From an uncultured Aliarcobacter sp. (GTDB lineage Bacteria; Campylobacterota; Campylobacteria; Campylobacterales; Arcobacteraceae): a stretch of 64,000 nucleotides of DNA. The notes below the pieces were generated by a model, which saw nothing but the letters and a program-made list of their open reading frames with translations, did no database searches and was not told the DNA's origin. The position numbers and the translations under genes are program-made. Position 1 is the stretch's first letter. Every line of letters begins with the position of its first letter. The stretch covers positions 2,240,001 to 2,304,000 of the forward strand of contig OY781945.1 in the NCBI GenBank assembly GCA_963677435.1, written 5' to 3'. Shown in pieces: positions 18,699 through 29,204 of the stretch.

Positions 18699-20432
18699 AT
18701 GGAAAATTACAACTTCAAAACCTATAGTGAACTTTTTTTACATATATCAATCAACTACGATAATGAATATTTTTTAAACTATTTATCAAATGGAAAATAT
18801 ACAAATATCTCAACAAATGATTTTAAAAATAAAGTTATTTGTCTAAGCCTTGCTTTGAAAGATTTTGGTATTCAAAAAGGTGATAAGGTTGGGATTTTTG
18901 CTAAATCTTCACCTTTTTGGCTTATTTTTGATTTTGCTATTTTACAAGTGGGCGCTATTAGTGTTCCTATTTTTGCCAATATTTCTAGTGAAAATTTAAA
19001 CTTTGAGATAAAAGACTCTTCTATGAAGTTCATGTTTATAGATTCTCAAGAAAGACTAAATGATATAGAAAAAGAGAATTCCCATTTAGTTTTCATTACA
19101 CACAATTTTTGTATAAAAGAGCCAAATTTCTATAATTTTGATGAGATTTTAGTTATTGGAAAACAGATTTGTGATTCTACTGGATTTACTTCTTTTGAAG
19201 CATTGGAAGATGATATTTTTTCCATCATTTATACAAGCGGAAACACTGGAACTCCAAAGGGTGTGATGCTTACCCATAAAAATATAGTTTCGCAACTTTT
19301 TGATATAAATAGTTTGATAAATCTTGAACAACATGAAGTTTCTCTTTCTGTTCTTCCTTTGGCTCATATATTTGAGCGAACTGTTATGAGTTATTATTTA
19401 AGTCGTGGAATTAGTATCTATTTTGTGGATGATGTTCAAAATGTTGCAAATCTTATGAAAGTTGTGCGACCTACAATTATGACGGTAGTTCCAAGACTTT
19501 TAGAGAAAATATTTAATAAAATCAAACTAAATATTTCAACAAAACCATTTATTAGTCGAGCAATCGCCTCTTTTGCATTTGCTTATGCACTAAAAGAAAA
19601 TCTAAATAGAAACTCCCTTTTATTTAAGATTTATGACAAACTTGTTTATTCAAAATTTAGAGAAATTTTTGGTTCTAAACTTGAAAAACTAATAAGTGGA
19701 GGAGCACCTCTTTCAAAAGAAATTGCACAATTCTTTGTAAATATAAATGTCCCAGTTTATCAAGGATATGGTTTGACTGAGTTTTCACCTGTGATTTCTA
19801 CAAATTATCCAAAGGCAAACAAAGTTGGCTCTTGTGGAAAAGTAATTCCAAGTGCACAAATTAAAATAAATGAAAACAGTGAACTATTTGTAAAAGGTCC
19901 AGCTTTGATGAAAGGTTATTTAAATCAAGAGCAATTAACAGCTAAAACAATTGATAAAGATGGTTGGCTTCACACAGGTGATGTGGCTTATTTAGATGAA
20001 GATGGATATTTATTTATAAAAAGCCGAACAAAAGAGATATTCAAAACTTCAACGGGAGAATATGTAAATGCTGTTGAAATTGAGCAAAAGTTGTCTAAAA
20101 ACAGATATATTGAATTTGCTGTAGTTATTTCAGAAAATAGAAAATATACCACTGCCCTACTTTTTGTGGATAGAGAAAAATATGAAAATGCAAAAAAACT
20201 AAATAAAAATTTAACTATAGAAGAATATTATAACAAAGATGATATTCTAAAGAGTATTTCAAACCATATAAATAGAGTGAATTCCAATCTAAATAAATGG
20301 GAAAAAATAGTAAAATTCGAAATCTTAACCAATAACATTTCCATAGAAACAGGAGAATTAACTCCCTCTATGAAAATATGTAGAGCTAAAATTGAAGAGA
20401 AATATTCAAGTGTTATAAATAGTATGTATTAG
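18699..20432 (+). CDS. fadD: Long-chain-fatty-acid--CoA ligase
   Basis: YTSGNTGTPKG, LPLAHIFER, QGYGLTE, WLHTGD, LTPSMKI. Confidence 0.9.
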   Translation: MENYNFKTYSELFLHISINYDNEYFLNYLSNGKYTNISTNDFKNKVICLSLALKDFGIQKGDKVGIFAKSSPFWLIFDFAILQVGAISVPIFANISSENLNFEIKDSSMKFMFIDSQERLNDIEKENSHLVFITHNFCIKEPNFYNFDEILVIGKQICDSTGFTSFEALEDDIFSIIYTSGNTGTPKGVMLTHKNIVSQLFDINSLINLEQHEVSLSVLPLAHIFERTVMSYYLSRGISIYFVDDVQNVANLMKVVRPTIMTVVPRLLEKIFNKIKLNISTKPFISRAIASFAFAYALKENLNRNSLLFKIYDKLVYSKFREIFGSKLEKLISGGAPLSKEIAQFFVNINVPVYQGYGLTEFSPVISTNYPKANKVGSCGKVIPSAQIKINENSELFVKGPALMKGYLNQEQLTAKTIDKDGWLHTGDVAYLDEDGYLFIKSRTKEIFKTSTGEYVNAVEIEQKLSKNRYIEFAVVISENRKYTTALLFVDREKYENAKKLNKNLTIEEYYNKDDILKSISNHINRVNSNLNKWEKIVKFEILTNNISIETGELTPSMKICRAKIEEKYSSVINSMY

Positions 20433-20441
20433 GAGTTTAAA

Positions 20442-21716
20442 ATGAAAGAAAGAATAGCCATAATAGATGGACTTAGAAGTCCCATCGCAAAAGCAAATGG
20501 AAAACTAAATGAGGTAAGTGCTGACACTTTAGGTGCAATTATTACAAAAGAGTTAGTTTTACGAAATGATTTGGATTACAAACAATTTGATGAAGTAATC
20601 ATGGGAAATGTTGCCCAACCTGCAAATGCTGCAAATATTGCAAGGGTTATGGCTATTCGAGCTGGCTTTCCCCAATCAACTATTGCATACACGGTTCATA
20701 GAAATTGCGCTTCTGGAATGCAATCAATTTCAAGTGCTATTGAAAAAATAAACTCAAATCAAGGTGAGTTGTATTTAGTTGGTGGAATGGAATCTATGAG
20801 TAATATTCCTTTACTTTATAGTGATGAATTTAGAAATTTAATCACAAAATTCAGCTATTCAAAATCAATCATTGAAAAATTTGAACTTCTAACAACTTTT
20901 AGATTAAGATTTTTAAAACCTACTATTGGATTAATTTCTGGTTTAACTGACCCAATTTCTGGAAAAATCATGGGAATTACTGCTGAAAACTTAGCAAATG
21001 AGTTTAAAATAAGCCGAGCAGCCCAAGATGAATATGCTTTAAATTCCCACAAAAAAGCTCAAAAAGCAATTGAGTCTGGAATATTCAAAGATGAAATTCA
21101 TCCAATAATGACAAAAAATGCTTCTATCTCAAATGATGATGGAGTAAGATTTAATCAAACAATTGAAGCTTTAAATAAATTAAACCCAATTTTTGAAAAA
21201 GTTGGTGGAACTGTAACTGCTGGAAATTCATCACAAGTTTCAGATGGAGCTTGTAGTTTGATTATTTGTACTGAATCAAAAGCAAAGGAATTAAACATTG
21301 AACCAATTGGATTTATAACAGATTATGCTTACGCTGGACTTGATGCAAATAGAATGGGTTTAGGACCTATTTATGCTACAAAAAAACTTTTTGATAAAAC
21401 AGGAACTACTCTTAAAGATATTGATTTAATTGAGATAAATGAAGCCTTTGCTGCACAAGTTATAGCAAATCTTGAAGCTTTTAAATCAGAAGAGTTTTGT
21501 CAAAAAACTTTCAATTCTAGTGCCCTTGGCGAGATTGATGAATCTATTTTAAATGTAAATGGAGGAGCAATTGCCCTTGGACACCCAGTTGGAATGAGTG
21601 GAGCTCGAATTGTTTTAACAGCATTAAAAGAGTTAAAAAGAAGAAACAAAAACAAAGCATTAGCCTCACTATGTATTGGTGGCGGGCAAGGTGCTTCTTT
21701 TTTATTGGAGATATAA
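20442..21716 (+). CDS. 3-ketoacyl-CoA thiolase (FadA/FadI-like)
   Basis: RNCASG, NEAFA, GHPVGMSG, LCIGGGQG catalytic motifs. Confidence 0.93.
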   Translation: MKERIAIIDGLRSPIAKANGKLNEVSADTLGAIITKELVLRNDLDYKQFDEVIMGNVAQPANAANIARVMAIRAGFPQSTIAYTVHRNCASGMQSISSAIEKINSNQGELYLVGGMESMSNIPLLYSDEFRNLITKFSYSKSIIEKFELLTTFRLRFLKPTIGLISGLTDPISGKIMGITAENLANEFKISRAAQDEYALNSHKKAQKAIESGIFKDEIHPIMTKNASISNDDGVRFNQTIEALNKLNPIFEKVGGTVTAGNSSQVSDGACSLIICTESKAKELNIEPIGFITDYAYAGLDANRMGLGPIYATKKLFDKTGTTLKDIDLIEINEAFAAQVIANLEAFKSEEFCQKTFNSSALGEIDESILNVNGGAIALGHPVGMSGARIVLTALKELKRRNKNKALASLCIGGGQGASFLLEI

Positions 21717-21717
21717 T

Positions 21718-23826
21718 ATGAGTAACATAAAATTTGAAATTAACCAAGAAATCGCAACTATAACTTTTGATTTAGAAAATGAAAAGATAAATAAACTATC
21801 TTTTGAAGTATTAAAAGAGTTCGATGAAAAATTAAATCTAGTTCAACAAGACCACACTATAAAAGCTCTTTTGATTGATAGTGCAAAAAAAGATATTTTT
21901 ATTGCTGGGGCTGATATAAAAGAGATTGAACAACTAAAAGATGAAAAAGATATTTATGATGCGTTAATGGAAGTTCATAAAATATTTAATAAACTTGAAA
22001 ATTTCACAATCCCAACAATTGCCTATATAAATGGTGCTTGTATGGGTGGAGGACTTGAACTTGCCCTTGCTTGTAAATATAGAGTAATGAGTACAAATCC
22101 AAAAACAAAAGTTGCATTTCCAGAGATAAAACTAGGAATATTCCCAGGTTTCGCAGGAACTTATAGAGCTCCAAAATTAATAGGACTTGTGAATGCTTTA
22201 GATTTAATATTAACAGGAAAAACTATTGATGCAAAAAAAGCTTATAAAATAAATCTTGCAGATGAGATTTTTGATAATGCTCAAAAAGAGTTTATGTTAG
22301 ATAATTTCATAAAAAAAGCTATTAATAAAACATTAGGAAGTAGAAATAGTTTTTATATTCTAAACTTCCCTCCTTTAAATGAGATTATTTTTAGTAGAGC
22401 CCTAAAAAAATTAGAAACTAAAGTAAATCCAGTATTTAAAGCTCCATTTGCTGCTTTAAAAGTTATAAAAGAGACAATAAACAAAGATATAGAGTTTGCT
22501 AATAAACTTGAAGCAACGCAGTTTTCACAAATTGCAATCACGAAAGAGTCAAAAAATCTAATAAAACTATTTTTCATTTTTGAAAAATTAAATAAAAATT
22601 TTGAAAAAACTTCAAATCCTATTTCAAACACTGTAGTTCTTGGAAATGGCGTAATGGGAAAAGGAATTATCTGGTTATTCTCAAAATATTTAAAAGATGT
22701 AAGAATTAAACTAAGAGATATTTCACAAGCTCACGACATAATCAAAGATGTGTCAAAAATTTACGCTTATTTAGTAAAAACTAGAAAAATGACAAAAAAT
22801 GAAGTTGATTTTAAATTAAATAAAATTTCATATACAGAAAACTTTGATGGATTTAAACACTTTGATTTTATTATTGAAGCAATAATTGAAGATGAAAAAA
22901 CAAAAAAAGAGACTTATTCTCAAATAGAAAAAGTTTGTAAGGAAAATGCAATAATTGCTACAAATACTTCATCTATTTCAATAGAAAAATTAGGAAGTGA
23001 ACTAAAAAACAAAGAAAATTTCCTAGGAGTTCACTTTTTTAATCCAGTAAATTTAATGCCTCTTGTTGAAGTAATTCCCTCACAATATACTTCAAAAGAG
23101 ACAATAAACAAAGTTTTTGAACTTCTTATTTCATGTGGGAAAACACCAATTTTAGTAAAAGATTGTGCTGGATTTATTGTAAATAGAATTTTACTTCCAT
23201 ATTTAAATGAAGCAGCTTTTATTTTAAGTGAAAGCTCAAGTGTAGAACATATCGACCATTTAATAAAAGAGTTTGGTATGCCAATGGGACCATTTAATCT
23301 AGCTGATACAGTGGGAATTGATGTTGGATATAAAGTTGCTTCTATTTTACATGATGAATATGGATATAGAATGCCAATTGCTCCAATACTTGAAAAAATG
23401 TATGATGCAAAATATTTTGGTAAAAAAGGTGAAAATGGTGGTTTTTATCAATATGATGGAAAAGATGACTATGTAAATGAACATGTTACTTCAATGCTAC
23501 AAAGTAACAGTAAAATTATTTCAGATGAAGAGATAGTTCAAAGATGCCTTTATATTATGATAAATGAAGCTTCAAGATGTTTAGAAGAAAATATCGTAAC
23601 AGAAGCTGCAATAATTGATTTTGCGATGATTACAGGAACTGGTTTCCCTGCTTATAGAGGTGGATTATTAACTTATGCAAATGAAGTTGGATTAAGAAAT
23701 ATCTTAGAATCATTAAGACAATTTGAAAAAGATTATGGAAGTAGATTTGCACCTTCTAATCTTTTAATCAAATTAGTTGAAGAACATGAAGATTTTGAAA
23801 CAGGAGAAACATTATGGAAACGCTGA
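21718..23826 (+). CDS. Fatty-acid oxidation complex alpha subunit (enoyl-CoA hydratase / 3-hydroxyacyl-CoA dehydrogenase; FadB/FadJ-like)
   Basis: FIAGADI, GGGLELALAC, PEIKLGIFPG; GNGVMG, TNTSS, HFFNP, GFIVNR; GGAG SD before ATG at 21718. Confidence 0.93.
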   Translation: MSNIKFEINQEIATITFDLENEKINKLSFEVLKEFDEKLNLVQQDHTIKALLIDSAKKDIFIAGADIKEIEQLKDEKDIYDALMEVHKIFNKLENFTIPTIAYINGACMGGGLELALACKYRVMSTNPKTKVAFPEIKLGIFPGFAGTYRAPKLIGLVNALDLILTGKTIDAKKAYKINLADEIFDNAQKEFMLDNFIKKAINKTLGSRNSFYILNFPPLNEIIFSRALKKLETKVNPVFKAPFAALKVIKETINKDIEFANKLEATQFSQIAITKESKNLIKLFFIFEKLNKNFEKTSNPISNTVVLGNGVMGKGIIWLFSKYLKDVRIKLRDISQAHDIIKDVSKIYAYLVKTRKMTKNEVDFKLNKISYTENFDGFKHFDFIIEAIIEDEKTKKETYSQIEKVCKENAIIATNTSSISIEKLGSELKNKENFLGVHFFNPVNLMPLVEVIPSQYTSKETINKVFELLISCGKTPILVKDCAGFIVNRILLPYLNEAAFILSESSSVEHIDHLIKEFGMPMGPFNLADTVGIDVGYKVASILHDEYGYRMPIAPILEKMYDAKYFGKKGENGGFYQYDGKDDYVNEHVTSMLQSNSKIISDEEIVQRCLYIMINEASRCLEENIVTEAAIIDFAMITGTGFPAYRGGLLTYANEVGLRNILESLRQFEKDYGSRFAPSNLLIKLVEEHEDFETGETLWKR

Positions 23827-26174
23827 TTTTACTCTTTCTTATATTAGTTTTTGGATTTTATTCATTTCCACTTTATAGTTATTTTGCATTAATTGGAGTT
23901 TATACTTTTGCATTTTGTGATGCAGGGATTATCTTTTGGTCAATATTTATAGTTTTAGGTGCTGTTTTTTTAATCCCAAGTTTGAGAATAAAATTTATCT
24001 CAAGTAAACTTGTAAGCTTTATAAATAAAAAAGGTTTATTACCTAAAATATCTGCAACTGAAGAAGCAGCTTTACAAGCTGGAACAAACTGGGTTGAAAC
24101 AAATTTTTTTAAAGCTCAAGTTAATTTCAAAGAGATAAATGCTCAAAGAGTTACAACTCTTTCAAAAGAAGAGCAGGACTTTTTAGACAATGAAGTAAAT
24201 GAACTTTGTGAGATGACTACTGATTGGGAAATTTTCCAAAATAGAGATTTAAGTTCACAAGTTTGGCAATTTATAAAAGACAAAAAATTCTTTGGAATGA
24301 TTATTCCAAAAGAGTATGGAGGTCTTGGTTTCTCAGCAACTGCTCACTCAAGGGTTATTGAAAAATTAGTTTCAAGATCACAAGTTTTAGCAATTACAAT
24401 AATGGTTCCAAACTCACTTGGGCCCGCTGAGCTTATTTTAAAACATGGAACTCAGGCACAAAAAGATAAATATTTAAGTGATTTAGCCCATGGAATATTA
24501 GTTCCTTGTTTTGGTTTAACAGAACCAAATGCAGGAAGTGATGCTACTTCTATAACTTCAAATGGTGTAGTTTTTAAAGATAAAAAAAACAAAATAAAAA
24601 TCAAACTAAATTTTGAGAAAAGATATATTACTTTAGGAAATATCGCTACTTTAGTTGGTCTTGCTTTTGTTTTAAAAGATCCAGAGCATTTACTTGGTGA
24701 GAAGGAAGATTTAGGAATTACCTTTGCTGTAATTGATTCTAAAACTAAAGGACTTGATAATTCAAAACGACATGACCCACTTGGAATTCCTTTTGTAAAC
24801 TCTCCTCTTTTTGGAAAAGATGTAATCATAGATATGGAAAATATTATTGGTGAAGTTGAGGGAATTGGAAAAGGTTGGCAAATGCTTGTTGAGTCTTTAT
24901 CAATCGGTCGAGGGATTTCCCTTCCAAGTGTTAGTCTTGGTGGAAGTAAATTAGCACTCAATGTTGTGGCTTCATATTCACAATTAAGAGAACAATTTGG
25001 ACTTAGTATAAATTATTTTGAAGGTGTTGAAGAAAAAATTGCAAAAATTGCAGCATTTAGTTATATGTTAAATAGTGCTAGAAACTTCACTTTAGATGCT
25101 ATTGATGATGGTGTAAAACCAGGAGTTATAAACTCTATTATGAAATACCATGCAACTGAAAAATTTAGAACTGTAATAAATGATGCAATGGATGTTTTAG
25201 GAGGAAGTGCAATTATCCGAGGTGAAAACAATCTTTTAGCTCACGCTTATTTTGCGATTCCTATTTCAATTACTGTTGAGGGTGCAAATATCTTAACTAG
25301 AAATTTAATGCAATTTGGACAAGGTTTAATCAAATCTCATCCATATATTTATTCAGAAATAACTGCATTAAAAAACAATAATGTAAAAGGTTTTGATAAG
25401 GCATTTTTTGGCCATATTGCTTTAGTTTTTAACGCATTTGCAAAATCACTTGCATATTATTTTACAAGAGCTATTATAAACTGCCAAAAAGGTGAATTTA
25501 AAAGATATAAAGAAAAACTAACTTGGGTTAGTTGTGAATTTACACTTTTAACAAATCTAGCTTTGGGAATTTTAGGTCCAAGTTTGAAAAAACGAGAAAA
25601 TATTAGTGCTAGATTTGGAGATATTTTATCAAATTGTTATTTGATAACTGCAACTTTAAGAGAGTTTGAAAATAATCCAAATGAAGACGATAGAGATTTA
25701 GTTGATTATATTTGTAATTATTGTTTTAACGAAATACAAATAGCCAGAGAAGAGATTATTTCAAATATTGGATATATAGGTTTTTTACTTCCAGTTGTGA
25801 AAATAAATCCATTTTCAATAAAATCAAAAGATAAATTAAATGCAAAAATAGTTAAAAATTTAAATAATCAAGATTATCTAAAAAGTTTAACATCATCTTT
25901 ATTTATCTCTTCAAATGAAAAAGATAGATTACATCTTATTCAAGAAGCAGTAAAACAAAACAAAGAGTGTGAAGCTGGATTTAAAAAACTAAAAGATGCT
26001 ATTAAAAATGGAACTATAAAAAAAGATAGTTTTGAAAATATGTTGGCTCAACTTTTAGAAAAAAACATCTTAACTGCCCAAGAAATAGAAAAATTAAAAA
26101 ATGCACACGCTTTAAAACAAGAAGTAATAAGTGTTGATTCTTTTGAAGCAAGTGTTTATAAGGCTCAAAGATAA
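23814..26174 (+). CDS. fadE: Acyl-CoA dehydrogenase (FadE type, N-terminal TM)
   Basis: LPKISATEEAALQAG, VPNSLGP, FGLTEPNAGSDA, ITVEGANILTR, C-terminal DUF1974-like region. Confidence 0.93.
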   Translation: METLILLFLILVFGFYSFPLYSYFALIGVYTFAFCDAGIIFWSIFIVLGAVFLIPSLRIKFISSKLVSFINKKGLLPKISATEEAALQAGTNWVETNFFKAQVNFKEINAQRVTTLSKEEQDFLDNEVNELCEMTTDWEIFQNRDLSSQVWQFIKDKKFFGMIIPKEYGGLGFSATAHSRVIEKLVSRSQVLAITIMVPNSLGPAELILKHGTQAQKDKYLSDLAHGILVPCFGLTEPNAGSDATSITSNGVVFKDKKNKIKIKLNFEKRYITLGNIATLVGLAFVLKDPEHLLGEKEDLGITFAVIDSKTKGLDNSKRHDPLGIPFVNSPLFGKDVIIDMENIIGEVEGIGKGWQMLVESLSIGRGISLPSVSLGGSKLALNVVASYSQLREQFGLSINYFEGVEEKIAKIAAFSYMLNSARNFTLDAIDDGVKPGVINSIMKYHATEKFRTVINDAMDVLGGSAIIRGENNLLAHAYFAIPISITVEGANILTRNLMQFGQGLIKSHPYIYSEITALKNNNVKGFDKAFFGHIALVFNAFAKSLAYYFTRAIINCQKGEFKRYKEKLTWVSCEFTLLTNLALGILGPSLKKRENISARFGDILSNCYLITATLREFENNPNEDDRDLVDYICNYCFNEIQIAREEIISNIGYIGFLLPVVKINPFSIKSKDKLNAKIVKNLNNQDYLKSLTSSLFISSNEKDRLHLIQEAVKQNKECEAGFKKLKDAIKNGTIKKDSFENMLAQLLEKNILTAQEIEKLKNAHALKQEVISVDSFEASVYKAQR

Positions 26175-28294
26175 TGAACAATGATTTGCTAATAAATATA
26201 AATGGTTATGTTTTAAGTCTTTTAGAAAAGATTTTAAATGCTAATATTGAAGTAAAAGGAATTGAGAATATTCCTATTTCAAATCCAAAAATATTTGTAG
26301 CAAATCACTTCACTAGAATTGAAGCTATGTTAGTTCCTTATACTTTATACAATCTAACAAATAAAAAAGTTGGTGTAATTGCAGATGATTCACTATTCAA
26401 AGGTTTTTTTGGAACTTTTTTGAGTAATTTAGGTGCTTTGAAAAAAAGTGCTAAAAATAGGAATGAACATATAATTGGTGATTTAATAACTTCATGTAAA
26501 GATTGGATGATTTTTCCTGAGGGAATAATGGTAAAAGCCAAAGATATTTCAAAAATTGATAAAAATTTTTGTGTAAAAATTGATGAGACTTGTCAAAGAG
26601 TTTATACAGGAGCAGCTGTTTTTGCTCTATCATCTCAACTTTTTAGAGAAAAATATTTTGATTATAAAATAGATAATTATGAAGAATTTAGTAAAAAATA
26701 TTTTGTAAATGATTGCAAAGATATAGATAAAAATGAAACATTAATAGTTCCTATAAATATAAGTTATTCAAAGCTTAGAAATGGAGATAATTTTTTAGTA
26801 GATATGGCTAAAAGGTTGATTGATGATTTAGGAGAAAACTTTAAAGAAGAGATTGAAATTGAAAGTAATATTATTCTAAATTCAAAAATAACCATAAGAA
26901 TTTTAGAACCAATTTCAACAAAAGATATTATAAAAAATTTGTATAAAAAAGATTTTTCACAAGAAATAATAATTGATAAATTAAGATATGAAATTACCCA
27001 TGATTTTATGGATAAAATATATGAATCTTTAACTATAAATTTTGACCATATTTTTATCTTAACCCTATTTTTATATCCCAAAAAAAGTATTGAAATAAAC
27101 TATTTTAAAAGATTGATTTATTTGAGTATTCAAGAAATACAAAATAAAGACCTATTTATAGATGAACAAATAAATAAAAATCTAATTCAATTAATTTCTT
27201 ACGAAAAATTTGAAAGATTTGAAGATATTCTAAAAGTTGCACTAGCTGACGATATTCTAAATATAGTAAATAATAATTATCTTATAAATAAAGAAAAACT
27301 ACTTTATAACTATAATCACAATACAATTAGATTAAAAAATATTCTAAAAGTAATTTTGAATGAGATTTTAATAAGTCAAAAAAGTGTTAATATTGTAAAA
27401 AAAATAGTTTCAAAAAATGAAGAAACAAATAATCAAGATTTACTATTATTACTTCAAAATCAAGAAAAAGAGGAATTTGAAAAATCTCATGAAAAATATA
27501 AATATGCATTAAAATTAAAACCTAAAGATATTGGAAGTTCAAAATATTTTGAAGCAAAAGATTCTAAGACTTGTATAATAGCAATTCATGGATTTTCAGC
27601 TGCACCAAAAGAGATGGAAAAATTAGCACTTTTCTTAAATTCTAAAAATTTAAATGTTTATACTCCAAGACTTGATGGACATGGAACAGTAGCTGAAGAT
27701 TTAAAAAGCAAAAAATGGCAAGATTGGTATAATAGTATTTCAAGAGCAATAATTATTGCTTCTTTAAAATATGAAAAAGTTTTTATTATTGGTTTTTCAA
27801 CTGGTGGATTATTAGCACTTTTAAGTACAAAAAAATATTACAAAGAGTTTTGTGGACTTATATGTATAAATGCAGCACTTCATTTAAATGACATGAGAAT
27901 TAAAACTCTTTTACCTGCAATTTCATTTTGGAATGATTTATTAGAAGCTGTTAATAAAGAAGAATATCAAAAAGAATATATCGATAATTTACCACAAAAT
28001 CCAGATATCAACTACGATAAACACTATATTAATTCAATTGAACAATTAGAGTTATTAATGAAAAAAACAAGAAAAAGTTTAGAAAAAATGCAAAAACCCA
28101 TATTAATATTGCAGGCAAAAGATGACCCAGTTGTAAACCCAACTTCTGCATATGAGATATTTGAGAAAATCAAATCAACAAATAAAACTATAAAAATTAT
28201 AGATTCAAAAAATCATGTAATGGTAACGCAAGAAGATACAAAAGAGTTGTTTACATTTATTTACGATTTTATAAAGAAGTTAAATAAAATATAG
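26174..28294 (+). CDS. Fusion of PlsC/GPAT-like acyltransferase and C-terminal alpha/beta hydrolase (lipase/esterase)
   Basis: NHFTRIE and FPEG acyltransferase blocks; HGFS oxyanion motif, GHGT, GFSTGG nucleophile, DPVV, NH. Confidence 0.8.
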   Translation: MNNDLLININGYVLSLLEKILNANIEVKGIENIPISNPKIFVANHFTRIEAMLVPYTLYNLTNKKVGVIADDSLFKGFFGTFLSNLGALKKSAKNRNEHIIGDLITSCKDWMIFPEGIMVKAKDISKIDKNFCVKIDETCQRVYTGAAVFALSSQLFREKYFDYKIDNYEEFSKKYFVNDCKDIDKNETLIVPINISYSKLRNGDNFLVDMAKRLIDDLGENFKEEIEIESNIILNSKITIRILEPISTKDIIKNLYKKDFSQEIIIDKLRYEITHDFMDKIYESLTINFDHIFILTLFLYPKKSIEINYFKRLIYLSIQEIQNKDLFIDEQINKNLIQLISYEKFERFEDILKVALADDILNIVNNNYLINKEKLLYNYNHNTIRLKNILKVILNEILISQKSVNIVKKIVSKNEETNNQDLLLLLQNQEKEEFEKSHEKYKYALKLKPKDIGSSKYFEAKDSKTCIIAIHGFSAAPKEMEKLALFLNSKNLNVYTPRLDGHGTVAEDLKSKKWQDWYNSISRAIIIASLKYEKVFIIGFSTGGLLALLSTKKYYKEFCGLICINAALHLNDMRIKTLLPAISFWNDLLEAVNKEEYQKEYIDNLPQNPDINYDKHYINSIEQLELLMKKTRKSLEKMQKPILILQAKDDPVVNPTSAYEIFEKIKSTNKTIKIIDSKNHVMVTQEDTKELFTFIYDFIKKLNKI

Positions 28295-28312
28295 GATTGC
28301 TCCTATATTTTA
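28285..28312. terminator. Bidirectional terminator between fad operon and yebC
   Basis: TAAAATATAGGA-ttgc-TCCTATATTTTA. Confidence 0.7.
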
Positions 28313-28319
28313 AAAAAAA

Positions 28320-29030
28320 TTAAGCTATATTTGTATAAACAGCTTGAACATCATCATCATCTTCAAGTTTTTCAATTAATTTACCAATATCCTCTTGTTG
28401 AGCTTCTGTAAATTCTTGAGGATTATTTGGAATTCTTTTTAATTCAGCTTTAGTTAATTGTATCCCTAACTCTTCAAATTTTTGGTTCATATTTCCAAAA
28501 TCTGTATAATTAGCATAAGCTAAAACTAAACCATCTTCTTCATCAATCTCTTCAAGTCCAGCATCAATAAGTTCTAATTCTAAATCTTCAAGTTCCATAT
28601 TATCAGGTTTTGTAAATTCAAAAATTGCTTTTCTATCAAAGAAAAATTCTAAAGAACCAGTAGGAACTACTTGTCCTTGTGTTTTATTAAAATACATTTT
28701 AACATTAGCAACAGTTCTTGTATTATTATCAGTTGCTGTTTCTACAAAAATTAAAACTCCGTGTGGACCTTTTCCCTCAAAATTTACTTCAGCAAAATTT
28801 GCCGCATCTTTTCCCGATGCTCTTTTAATTGCTGCATCAATATTTGTTTTTGGCATATTTTCAGCTTTTGCATTTAAAATAGCTGTTCTAAGTGCTGAAT
28901 TCATTTCAGGATCTGGAACACCAGCTTTTGCTGCCATTTCAATTGCTTTTGCAAGTTTTGGGAAAACTCTTGACATGTTCCCCCATCTTTTCATTTTTGC
29001 TGCTTTTCTATATTCAAAGGCTCTACCCAT
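28320..29030 (-). CDS. yebC: YebC/PmpR family protein
   Basis: MGRAFEYRK, AKAENMPK, TDNNTRT, LEDDDDVQAVYTN; TGATATAAT promoter at 29064-29072. Confidence 0.95.
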   Translation of the reverse strand: MGRAFEYRKAAKMKRWGNMSRVFPKLAKAIEMAAKAGVPDPEMNSALRTAILNAKAENMPKTNIDAAIKRASGKDAANFAEVNFEGKGPHGVLIFVETATDNNTRTVANVKMYFNKTQGQVVPTGSLEFFFDRKAIFEFTKPDNMELEDLELELIDAGLEEIDEEDGLVLAYANYTDFGNMNQKFEELGIQLTKAELKRIPNNPQEFTEAQQEDIGKLIEKLEDDDDVQAVYTNIA

Positions 29031-29204
29031 AATAACTCCGATTTATTTTTCAAAATTTTGGCCATTATATCAAGTTTGTAATAAATACTTTATGAGTTAA
29101 TTCGATACAAATAAGTAATAGTATAAATAGCAAAAAAATAACACTTAATGATTGTTTCTAAATATTTAGAATATAATACTAAATTATTAAAAGAAAGGAC
29201 TAAT

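Noticed and set aside
24452..24961. 169-aa antisense ORF inside fadE, and similar shadow ORFs (e.g. 2063-2356, 9120-9461, 30739-31128, 57630-58064, 58195-58422)
   Set aside because: They overlap well-supported genes on the opposite strand or another frame and have no motifs; expected artefacts of codon bias
348..29204. Longer ORF-track starts at 348, 5005, 7625, 17374, 21676 and 29148
   Set aside because: Downstream starts (372, 5083, 7661, 17281, 21718, 29205) fit SD position and/or domain boundaries better
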